From a virus (Duplodnaviria > Caudoviricetes), in the IMG/VR virus record IMGVR_UViG_3300010965_000001, positions 96,001 through 160,000 of that record: DNA of 64,000 bases; one strand, 5' to 3'. Both the position numbers and the translations under genes were made by a program. The notes below the pieces were generated by a model. That model saw only the letters and a program-made list of their open reading frames with translations, ran no database searches and had not been told where the DNA came from. Numbering within the stretch: position 1 is the first letter of the stretch; each line of letters opens with the position of its first letter. Below, piece after piece: positions 1-8,229 of this stretch.

Positions 1-227
1 ATTAACAATTCACTGTAATTGATTGGAGTTACGATAAGACTCTGAAGTAACGTATCAATAACCACACCCTTTTGAATTAGATTTCTTGAAGTTAAGATGT
101 CTTCTTCTCTTGCGGTCATATACTTAATTTCAATAGTACCGCTTGAAAGAGGATTTGTTGCTTCGTAAAAGTAACCCTGTGATGGTAATTCAATTGTTTC
201 TGCGGGGAATTTGCTTTCTGTTGCCAT
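1..227 (-). CDS. Baseplate hub assembly protein, T4 gp26-like (5' part only; runs off the window edge; not in the ORF track)
   Basis: Hand translation from the ATG at 227 (SD AAAGGAG) gives MATESKFPAETIELPSQGYFYEATNPLSSGTIEIKYMTAREEDILTSRNLIQKGVVIDTLLQSLIVTPINYSELL, open to position 1. The IELPS...MTAREEDILT pattern fits gp26-like hub proteins. Confidence 0.7.
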   Translation of the reverse strand, partial: MATESKFPAETIELPSQGYFYEATNPLSSGTIEIKYMTAREEDILTSRNLIQKGVVIDTLLQSLIVTPINYSELL

Positions 228-263
228 GTGTAGCTCCTTTTGTATGTTAGTAACTGTATTTAA

Positions 264-271
264 TATAAATA
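264..271 (-). promoter_or_regulatory. Putative late promoter TATTTATA
   Basis: Lies between a terminator and the SD of the gp26-like gene; the same octamer recurs upstream of many genes. Confidence 0.6.
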
Positions 272-281
272 TCTACAAAAT

Positions 282-311
282 AAAAAAAGGGAGCATTTCT
301 GCTCCCTTTTC
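282..311 (-). terminator. Rho-independent terminator
   Basis: Minus strand reads GGGAGCA-GAAA-TGCTCCC followed by a 7-T tract, just after the stop of ORF 333..1373. Confidence 0.85.
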
Positions 312-332
312 ATTGTCGATTTTTAGTTAAAT

Positions 333-1373
333 TTACTTCTTTTTACCTTCTAAACGGTCAATCATACTTTTGAGTTTACCATGTTCACCTTTACTCTTCA
401 TTTTTTTGGCAATTTCTCTTAACATGTTTGCTTCACTGATTGTCACTTTTTTCTTTTTTGAGCCAATTCCTGCAGGTACACTTTTCTGTGTCTTCTGCAT
501 CGGAGATTTTGCATGCTGACCACCATCTTTTGGAGGACACATACACCCATCCCATTCACCACATCCAGGGCATCTGTTAATTTCGCCCGCCTCTGCAACT
601 TGTCCATATTTCTGCATCAATGAGTCCATTGCTTCTTCAAGTGATAATCCTGTTTCCATCAATTGTGAGAATTCGGGTGTACCTTGAATCTTCTGTTCGA
701 TTTCTGATATGCGACTGTTTTCATCCATATCATTAATACCCTGACGCATCCAATCGAGGTTTTCTCCGCCGCGTTCACCACGTTGGTTGAATGTGTCCTT
801 ATACCCACGTTTAAAACCACGACCTGCCTTGATTGAACGTCTGCCACCAGATGCAACAAGTTCTCCTTCATCATTCCAAGTATTACCTTCTTCATCGGTC
901 CACTCTTCAGATTCTGCGATTGTTGCTGTATTCGATGTGCCAGCCATTTTCTTCTTTGAAATTGTGTTCTTGATTTGTTTTTCCTTTGCTGATAAGTAGT
1001 CTACTTCTTTTCTCGCAACATCCTTATCAATGGAATCTTCGTTTATAGTCTCTTCATGCTCTTCTGCTTCTTCTTCAGGTGTTTCCTCTTCCTCATGCTC
1101 AATGGATTCGGGTTGACCTTCACCAAAAAATTCCTCAACATGGTTAAGAAGTTCTTTTGCGGCTAAGATATGCGACTTAACCCACGCTTCGACATCTTCA
1201 TCGTCAGCATGTTTTGATGCATTGAGAGCCTGTTGTGCGATAGTCTCAAGGTCAGTCTTCATTTCACTCTGACTACCATCAACTTCCACATTATCATCTG
1301 ACTCTCCGCCCATCATCTTGCCGAACTCTTCTTTTATGATACGTTCTAAGTCCATCTTTGTGATTTTTTGCAT
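333..1373 (-). CDS. Acidic modular protein, probable internal head (core) protein
   Basis: SD GGAG; leader MQKITKMDLERIIKEE; several I-x-E sites (INE, IAE, ISE); Glu-rich tracts; one CxxC..CxC cluster. The function is inferred only. Confidence 0.45.
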   Translation of the reverse strand: MQKITKMDLERIIKEEFGKMMGGESDDNVEVDGSQSEMKTDLETIAQQALNASKHADDEDVEAWVKSHILAAKELLNHVEEFFGEGQPESIEHEEEETPEEEAEEHEETINEDSIDKDVARKEVDYLSAKEKQIKNTISKKKMAGTSNTATIAESEEWTDEEGNTWNDEGELVASGGRRSIKAGRGFKRGYKDTFNQRGERGGENLDWMRQGINDMDENSRISEIEQKIQGTPEFSQLMETGLSLEEAMDSLMQKYGQVAEAGEINRCPGCGEWDGCMCPPKDGGQHAKSPMQKTQKSVPAGIGSKKKKVTISEANMLREIAKKMKSKGEHGKLKSMIDRLEGKKK

Positions 1374-1413
1374 TTATATCTCCATGTTAAGAAATTTAAA
1401 AATATATACACAA

Positions 1414-1902
1414 TTAGAACTGCAAGATTGCGTAGTCAAAACGTAAGGTCATGTCGATTGTCATTGGGTCACCAACTGACCAATCAAGCGTTTGAAAGTT
1501 TGCTTCTTTAATGTATGCACCTTTCAATGTCCATTCTTCAACTTTATCACCCACGGGACCAATCATGTTAATTGTAACGTCTTTCTTATAGAAGTCACTA
1601 TAACCTTCACGTCCTGTAACTGACTCATGTGATAAACGAACCCATTCCATAACCGCCTGTGCTCCCGAAGGAACGATTGGGTCATACAGTGTGCATTTCA
1701 CATCATTCCACGTTACTCTACCTTTCAATTTGCGTTTAACGTTGATATGGTCTAATGTAATATCATCAGAAGTCCAAGTAGGTCTATCGACCGCTTTCAC
1801 CATGAATGAAGGGATTCCTTCGATATACATGATGAAACGATTTTTTACTTTTGGTTCAAACGGTGAAAACATAATTTCCGAGGGGTCAAGTATAGCGGCC
1901 AT
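1414..1902 (-). CDS. gp19: Tail tube protein
   Basis: 162 aa with FEPKVKNRF, GRVTWND...LYDPIVPSGAQAVMEW and VEEWTLKGAY..LDW; lies downstream of the sheath. Confidence 0.9.
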   Translation of the reverse strand: MAAILDPSEIMFSPFEPKVKNRFIMYIEGIPSFMVKAVDRPTWTSDDITLDHINVKRKLKGRVTWNDVKCTLYDPIVPSGAQAVMEWVRLSHESVTGREGYSDFYKKDVTINMIGPVGDKVEEWTLKGAYIKEANFQTLDWSVGDPMTIDMTLRFDYAILQF

Positions 1903-1913
1903 TTTTAATCTCC

Positions 1914-2606
1914 TTAAATTGTTAATCTTATAAAAGTACAGTTCAATAAATTTTCAATCTCTTGCTGTCTTTTAAGGTCTTTTTCTTTATGTGACAGATG
2001 ACGTTTCTCATCAACTTCTATCACAACATTTTTTTCTCTGTCATATCCGTCAACCCAGTATCCCAATTTTTCTATATGATACTCTCCGCCATTTTCAGCA
2101 TGTTGAAAGTTATAACCATACTGCTTCCCACACTCTTCAATCAGAAGACATGCCTTTGGATTGTAATTCGGTGCCATACTATTCTGTCGCATCCATTCAC
2201 TTACCGCCAGTCGTTTCTTTCTTTTTGTTTCATCCGAATCTTTTTTACCTAATTTGATTTCTCTCATTTTAAGTTTAGATTCTTCTGTATGTGGTTTTCT
2301 AATCTGTTTAATTCTTGCTTCGCATAATTTCTTATGAGCTTCTTCGGAAATTTTACGGTCTACATTTATTTCACGCAATATCCGTTTTGTTTCCTCAGTA
2401 TGATGCTTACCTAACATACCTTGATGATTTTTTATATTATTTCTAACTTCATCAGTTTGATGTTTTCCGTAAAATGGATTATTTTCACCCAAGTTAGCAC
2501 ATACTTTGCATCTTGTGTTGTTCTGTGTGGCTCGAGCCAATACATATTTATCTCTATATACTTGCTCTACGCCACACTCTGGACAATTCTTTTTATATTC
2601 TATCAT
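1914..2606 (-). CDS. Free-standing homing endonuclease-like protein (Zn ribbon, NUMOD3 repeats, Vsr/PD-(D/E)XK-like C-terminal nuclease)
   Basis: CPECG..CKVC, NPFYGKHQT / GKHHTEETK repeats and C-terminal GYWVDGYD..KNVVIEVDE..H. The start is moved to the ATG at 2606 because the promoter octamer and an AAGG SD lie inside the longer track ORF. Confidence 0.7.
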   Translation of the reverse strand: MIEYKKNCPECGVEQVYRDKYVLARATQNNTRCKVCANLGENNPFYGKHQTDEVRNNIKNHQGMLGKHHTEETKRILREINVDRKISEEAHKKLCEARIKQIRKPHTEESKLKMREIKLGKKDSDETKRKKRLAVSEWMRQNSMAPNYNPKACLLIEECGKQYGYNFQHAENGGEYHIEKLGYWVDGYDREKNVVIEVDEKRHLSHKEKDLKRQQEIENLLNCTFIRLTI

Positions 2607-2641
2607 CTTATAACCTTTTATAAATATCATCCAACTAAAAA

Positions 2642-4975
2642 TTATGCAGGAAACGACGCCCCTGTCGGCAATACCACGAAGTCAAGAATAATGAATTCTG
2701 CGGTTCGTGTAGGTTGGAGATAAATCTGTCCAACCAATTGATTTCTGTCAATTACTTCTGCCGTATTATTCGTCTCGTCCATAACTACCTTGAAGGTTGT
2801 CAATCCACTCTTTGCTTGGATGTTCTCCAAGTATGGATTTACGATATTCAAGAAGCGTGCGCGTGTTGCCGCTGTATTCTGTTCGAATACTAAGTAACGT
2901 GCCGATGAAGCGATGAATTTCTTCACACGAATTAACAATCTGCGAACATTGATACGGTCAAGTGCGCTTGGTTTTGCCTGAAGTGTCTTCTGACCCCATG
3001 CGGCTACGCCTGTTCCAGGGAATGTAGCGATTGGGTTGATACGACCTCCATACAAATCATCACGTTCTGCGTGTGTTAAGCGTGTGTAGGTTTCGATAAC
3101 TTCCGTTAAACCACCTCTGTTAAGACCTGCAACTGCTGTCCACTCTGCACCAACTCTGTCGTTGAATGCGAACGCACCTGCCATAACAACTGATGGGGAA
3201 ACCCAAACAGGACGATTTAAGTTATCATCGTTAATCTTAACCCAAGGATAGTACGTACCTGAGTAGTTAGTATCCAACGATGCCACTGTTGCATTTGCTG
3301 ACAAGATTGAATCATCTATGTCAAATCCATCCATCACATAAAATACATCACCACGTTCCTCACAGATTGTCATCGCGTATGATGTTACTGCGCTATGCTG
3401 ACTGTGTTGAATTCCAGGAATAACCAGCATGTTAATGTCGATTTCGTCTGGGTTGGCGATTGTGTCAAGTGCTGCCTTGTATGTCTTTGTACCTGCAGTT
3501 CCTGCCGTGCTAATATCAAAACCAAACACGTTGGTTGATGTAATATCTTTTCCAGTTGCCTTGATGACGTGAGGTTTCATACCATCAAATCCACCTTGGA
3601 ATGGAACTGTGAATTTCAATTCTTTAATGCTTGTTGCAATCGTCACTACCGTTAACGCTGAACTCGTGCATGTTGACATTAAGAATGTGTTATTTGTCAT
3701 TGATACGAAGTCACTGTCAGTTACAGAATTAACCACGACAGGATTTACAAACTGCAAGTTACTGATTTTTGAGAAATCAAAACCGAAGTAAAGTCGTGTA
3801 TTCTGTGAACTATCACTTCCACTCAAATTCGATACGAAAGTTACAGGAGGAACGTTGTTGTTAAATGGTTTGTATAAGTTGTTAAAACCAAATGGATACT
3901 GTGTTGCGCTATATTGGTCATCTACGTCAAACATTTCAACATATACATAATTTGAAAGATTTGCATAATTTCCATTCGTAACAATCTTACCAGCATCAGT
4001 GAATAACAAATATCTATCACCAATTGCACGTGCGATATAATTTTTGCTATCTTTGTTTAAGTTAACACCTGTGAATGATTCAAGTACATTCAACTTCAAG
4101 TCTGTATCATCAAATGAACGAATTGCAACATCGAACGATGCGAAGTTTGTTCCCATTCCAGCATCACCAGCTGCGATGTCACTCTGTTTCACGTTCAATA
4201 TAGATGCTTTGAATTTTGCGTTTGCATCTGTACCATCTGAGAAGGTATGAAATCTGAAAAGTTTATTTCCACTTTGGTCTGTAATCCAAGGGGTCAATGC
4301 TTCTGTGAATCCGTACTTACCAAATGCAGAACCACTTACCGTATATGCGGAACCACTTGATACAGAGGCAGTGGTTGTGCTATAAATTGCACTTGTGTTT
4401 GTTTGGAAATTCAATGCGACATAAACGGGTTTCTTTCCGTTTGGTGAAGTTCCAAATACCTTCGTAATATAATCTGCCGCGGTTGGAGTCAATGAACATG
4501 AGAATGTTTGAGCTGGAACAGCTACACCAGACACCGTAAGTGCGAAACTTGTTCCACCAGTAAGTGTTCCGCTTGTTGACGTTGTTGAAAAGTCAAACGT
4601 TGACAGTGCTGAACACGATACCGTAGGTAACAACACTGCTGCCAATGTAGAAGTAACTGAACTACCACTGAGTGATAATGCAATTGGAGTAGTGAACGTG
4701 AACCCGCCGTTACCAAGTGTTCTCACAATCGTTGCCGAAGGTGCTCCACCACGTTCCAAATACGACTTCACCGTATAGGCGGTGTAATTGGTTGGGTCTT
4801 GAGTACCGAACTTACTTTCAAATTCAGAATACGAAGTCACTTGCGTAGGAACCATTGCAGGTCCAGTTACAGTTGGACCAACGACTGCTGCACCCAACTG
4901 TGCGATACCTGCAGGTAAAAATGATAAATCTTTTTCGCGGGTAAAAACCGCTGGACTTACAATGCGTTCTGCCAT
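2642..4975 (-). CDS. gp18: Contractile tail sheath protein
   Basis: MAERIVSPAVFTREKDLSF, VGPTVTGPAMVPT, GGFDG, YYPWVK, AGLNRG, INPIATFPG..WGQKTLQ..LDRINVRRLL, PTRTAEFI. Confidence 0.95.
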   Translation of the reverse strand: MAERIVSPAVFTREKDLSFLPAGIAQLGAAVVGPTVTGPAMVPTQVTSYSEFESKFGTQDPTNYTAYTVKSYLERGGAPSATIVRTLGNGGFTFTTPIALSLSGSSVTSTLAAVLLPTVSCSALSTFDFSTTSTSGTLTGGTSFALTVSGVAVPAQTFSCSLTPTAADYITKVFGTSPNGKKPVYVALNFQTNTSAIYSTTTASVSSGSAYTVSGSAFGKYGFTEALTPWITDQSGNKLFRFHTFSDGTDANAKFKASILNVKQSDIAAGDAGMGTNFASFDVAIRSFDDTDLKLNVLESFTGVNLNKDSKNYIARAIGDRYLLFTDAGKIVTNGNYANLSNYVYVEMFDVDDQYSATQYPFGFNNLYKPFNNNVPPVTFVSNLSGSDSSQNTRLYFGFDFSKISNLQFVNPVVVNSVTDSDFVSMTNNTFLMSTCTSSALTVVTIATSIKELKFTVPFQGGFDGMKPHVIKATGKDITSTNVFGFDISTAGTAGTKTYKAALDTIANPDEIDINMLVIPGIQHSQHSAVTSYAMTICEERGDVFYVMDGFDIDDSILSANATVASLDTNYSGTYYPWVKINDDNLNRPVWVSPSVVMAGAFAFNDRVGAEWTAVAGLNRGGLTEVIETYTRLTHAERDDLYGGRINPIATFPGTGVAAWGQKTLQAKPSALDRINVRRLLIRVKKFIASSARYLVFEQNTAATRARFLNIVNPYLENIQAKSGLTTFKVVMDETNNTAEVIDRNQLVGQIYLQPTRTAEFIILDFVVLPTGASFPA

Positions 4976-5054
4976 TTATTTTCTCCAATTAAGTTGTGTT
5001 ATTATATTTGCTGTTACCAATAAATATAATATTAAAGTTATAAAATACATCTTA

Positions 5055-5342
5055 TTACTCAGAAACTTGAACTTCTGGTGTGAATATTCCAGTAAAGGGG
5101 TTCAACTTTCCTTGACCATATTTGGTGGTCATTTCATCTGTAAATGCCTTTTCTTTTACTTGTAAATCCAAAATTTCATTCTTAACTTTCGCGTTAAGAT
5201 TCTGTAACTGCGACTGTCGTTGTTCGATTGCTAACTTCTCTAATTCCATCCGCCCAAGTTCCACAATTTTGTTTTGATAATCTTGTTGGATTTTTTGGAT
5301 TACTTCCATTTCTTCGGGTGAAAATTTGATTGGTTCTGACAT
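5055..5342 (-). CDS. Small coiled-coil hypothetical protein
   Basis: 95 aa, heptad-rich, ending KYGQGKLNPFTGIF; has its own TATTTATA at 5387-5394 and an SD. Confidence 0.6.
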   Translation of the reverse strand: MSEPIKFSPEEMEVIQKIQQDYQNKIVELGRMELEKLAIEQRQSQLQNLNAKVKNEILDLQVKEKAFTDEMTTKYGQGKLNPFTGIFTPEVQVSE

Positions 5343-5439
5343 AATGTGTTTCCTTTATCGTAAATGATTGTTTGTAGTATTTCGTATATAAATATACATT
5401 AAATTTGGAAAAATGATTAAAATATCGTATATTTTACGA

Positions 5440-6252
5440 TTAATCAATAATAGTCGTTCCAAAAATGACTTGTTTTGGACTGAACTGCTTCTCTACACTT
5501 CCAGCCGCAAGTGCAAGGGTTTTGTTTATAGTAGCGGGAACCAAATAACCACTTATTTCTAAGTTAAATGTAGTTTTTACGGTTCTCTGTGTATCTGCAA
5601 CTGAATCGATGCTTGTGTTATAACTTTGAATCTTGGTTCTAAACTTGAATCGTTCTTTATCACCCCAATAACTACCTTCACTGTAAAGGATAGCTTCAAC
5701 AATTTTGTTCATTTGGTCTACTGCTTCTGTCAATACTAAGAAGTCGTATGTCATAGTCACGTAGTCAGGAATTACAACATTGAAAAGTTCCTCTGTGGGT
5801 TTTGTATTCACACTTATTGAAAAATTATCATATCGATTATTCGCTGACCATTTTTTCTTAAATGAATAGAACTGCAGTGGATTGTTGGCATCCATTTTGT
5901 CAATCGCATAGTTATCATCTTTTGAAACTGTGTTACGTTTGAATGCAATGATTGGAAGGATGATTTTATCTTTTTCATCTTTAAAGAATCCATCTCTCTG
6001 AACACTTTTCCATCGTTCGGGATTGGCATAGATTACGGGAACGTCTACTGTCATACCATTTTCTTCTACTTTTGGTTTGATTACGTTCACTACATAATAA
6101 CGAACTGCTGCATCGATGTCACGTAAAGTAACTGTAAAGTCCTTTACTGTATCACTGGCACGACTCGTCATGGTTCCACGATTTAATGGAAGTTCTTCCT
6201 GTCCTGTAGAAATTTCTACTTGTGTTTTTGGAAGTTGTGGGTCTACGCTCAT
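5440..6252 (-). CDS. gp15: Tail completion / sheath stabiliser (gp15-like)
   Basis: VPVIYANPERW, IILPIIAFKR, VIPDYVTMTYDF, QMNKIVEAI; follows the neck genes and precedes the sheath. Confidence 0.7.
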   Translation of the reverse strand: MSVDPQLPKTQVEISTGQEELPLNRGTMTSRASDTVKDFTVTLRDIDAAVRYYVVNVIKPKVEENGMTVDVPVIYANPERWKSVQRDGFFKDEKDKIILPIIAFKRNTVSKDDNYAIDKMDANNPLQFYSFKKKWSANNRYDNFSISVNTKPTEELFNVVIPDYVTMTYDFLVLTEAVDQMNKIVEAILYSEGSYWGDKERFKFRTKIQSYNTSIDSVADTQRTVKTTFNLEISGYLVPATINKTLALAAGSVEKQFSPKQVIFGTTIID

Positions 6253-6725
6253 TGTGCATCTCCTGCTCTAAATTCCTGAATCTGAATCTTGCTCTTACGT
6301 GTCATATGAGCATTACATACAATAGTATAATTCCAATTTTGGTCTTGCTGACCTGCCGCTAAAGTATTTTCATTATAGTTATGAATTTCATAATACTGCC
6401 CATTCCACAATACAATGTCTCCAATTTCAGGATATACATTCTGCGCGCGCAGGATTTCTCTTTGAAAATTCAGTACGATATTTTGATTAACATCGATACC
6501 CATTTCACCATATTCTGCAATTTCAGGGTCATGCGCAATTAATGCATACAGTGTGACTGGTGCGAAATAAATTTTATTAAGCATATCACCATATAAATCG
6601 TCATCACCCATTGAGGACACGGCAAGTTTATACAATTGGATGGGAGTTTCGATAATAGTTTCCACCAATGTATGTGCTATGGTATTAAATAAATCTAAAT
6701 CTCGTTGTCTTAAAAATAGTTGCAT
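6249..6725 (-). CDS. gp14: Neck / head-closure protein (gp14-like)
   Basis: LFLRQRDL, DDLYG, PEIGDIVLWNGQYYEI; sits between the gp13-like and gp15-like genes. Confidence 0.65.
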   Translation of the reverse strand: MQLFLRQRDLDLFNTIAHTLVETIIETPIQLYKLAVSSMGDDDLYGDMLNKIYFAPVTLYALIAHDPEIAEYGEMGIDVNQNIVLNFQREILRAQNVYPEIGDIVLWNGQYYEIHNYNENTLAAGQQDQNWNYTIVCNAHMTRKSKIQIQEFRAGDAQ

Positions 6726-6736
6726 GTATTTCCTTC

Positions 6737-7897
6737 TTATCCAATGTAAATGAGTAATGGTACATATGATAACTTACCATGTAAATAGTCTGCCTCATTT
6801 TTTTCTTTTTCAAGTTGTGCGTCTCTTGACACTTTCTCAAGATTCTCACGAAGTTGTGCAATTAATTTATCTTTGTCTGCTTGTCCTTCTGTTCGAAGTG
6901 TTGCACCATCCAATGTAAGTTCTGAACCAGGAATTGGAACAGTGGAGTATTTTGAACGAATGTTGCCAAGTAATTCTTTTGATAAAGCCAATGTATATTG
7001 ACGAATCCATTGTCTACCAACATCGTTGATAAATTGATATGTTGGATTGTCAAATTGTGCATTAGAATAGTCCGATGTAACGCCTGTTGGTGATGCAAAA
7101 GAACCACTACCAAGTGCATTATTTCTATCACCAGTTACCATGTAATCAAAATACAATGGATAATCGTATGTAGGAATTGGACTAAGTTTTACCTTGTTAT
7201 TATACATTCTAAATGAGAATGCACTTCTTCGAATCATATCATTAAATTCAATCGACTGCATACGAAGTAAATCTGCGTAAAGGGGCATCAACATAAATGA
7301 TACACCTGTTGAATATCCAGTAAATCCAAATTCCTGTAACATTGAATATGTTCCAAGACCTGTTCCCGCGAATGGGTCAAAGTAACGTGCGATAGCAGGA
7401 ACATTTTGATGATACATTGCACGAATTTCAATTGTTTTTCCACTTTCACTTACTTCTGCCCATGCATTCAAATCATATTCAGTTTGATTACGTCTTACTT
7501 GAATCATGCCTTTTTTAATATCATAGTTTGGACTTACATTTGCTTCTGCTCCATACTGTTGAGAAATTGTAATAGTTCTTCCCATGTTAGGAATAAGTAA
7601 ACGATTTGTCAAATTCGATGAAGTTGGTGAACCTTGAATGTTCAACATATTTTCTCTTATAAGAAACTGATTTATCTGCGCACCATACTCCGTGATTGCT
7701 TCTTCAAAACAAGTGAAGAAAGAACCACTCTGTAATTCGATTTCAACAATCGGATAACCAAGTTTTCGCGCACAGAAATCTGCGACCCGCGGTGCTTCAA
7801 ACACATACAATGGGTCATCTTCGTAAAGCATGAACGGCGTCATTCCAGATGCAGTAAGATACGTTGCACTGCCGTCCCAAATAGGGGTTGTTGCCAT
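6737..7897 (-). CDS. gp13: Neck / head-tail adaptor (gp13-like)
   Basis: LGYPIVEIEL, CFEEAITEY, WIRQYTLALSKELLGNIRSKY..VPIPG..LTLDG, PLLIYIG. Confidence 0.8.
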   Translation of the reverse strand: MATTPIWDGSATYLTASGMTPFMLYEDDPLYVFEAPRVADFCARKLGYPIVEIELQSGSFFTCFEEAITEYGAQINQFLIRENMLNIQGSPTSSNLTNRLLIPNMGRTITISQQYGAEANVSPNYDIKKGMIQVRRNQTEYDLNAWAEVSESGKTIEIRAMYHQNVPAIARYFDPFAGTGLGTYSMLQEFGFTGYSTGVSFMLMPLYADLLRMQSIEFNDMIRRSAFSFRMYNNKVKLSPIPTYDYPLYFDYMVTGDRNNALGSGSFASPTGVTSDYSNAQFDNPTYQFINDVGRQWIRQYTLALSKELLGNIRSKYSTVPIPGSELTLDGATLRTEGQADKDKLIAQLRENLEKVSRDAQLEKEKNEADYLHGKLSYVPLLIYIG

Positions 7898-7906
7898 GTG
7901 TTATCC

Positions 7907-8083
7907 TTATGGTTTGTATTTTGTTATTTTTCCCAAAATTGTAAAATTTGATTTAGCACCTGTTTGGGTGGTATTGGTCATTTTGGGTGTGAATCCACGT
8001 TCAAATTTATCAGAAAAAAAGTTTGTTATTGATAATTTTGCGAACGGTGATGAGGTTTTCTTGAATATGTCAAGTAATGCCAT
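7907..8083 (-). CDS. Small hypothetical protein, 58 aa (below the track cutoff)
   Basis: MALLDIFKKTSSPFAKLSITNFFSDKFERGFTPKMTNTTQTGAKSNFTILGKITKYKP*; SD AGGAG; TATTTATA at 8111-8118; its stop lies just upstream of the gp13 start. Confidence 0.65.
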   Translation of the reverse strand: MALLDIFKKTSSPFAKLSITNFFSDKFERGFTPKMTNTTQTGAKSNFTILGKITKYKP

Positions 8084-8110
8084 GATTTTCTCCTGTGATG
8101 GTTATTTAGA

Positions 8111-8179
8111 TATAAATATCGGATTGTAGTTAAAAAGTGTTGCTTTATTTAAATTTATAACTAAAATTTAATATTTATA
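8111..8179. promoter_or_regulatory. Back-to-back divergent TATTTATA promoters (minus 8111-8118, plus 8172-8179)
   Basis: One octamer faces the neck genes and the other faces the GH18 gene. There is also a weak sigma70-like TTGCTT-16-TAAAAT on the plus strand at 8140-8167. Confidence 0.55.
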
Positions 8180-8229
8180 GACAATGGTAACGTACCTACA
8201 CAAACACAACTAACAAAGGAGAAATATAA

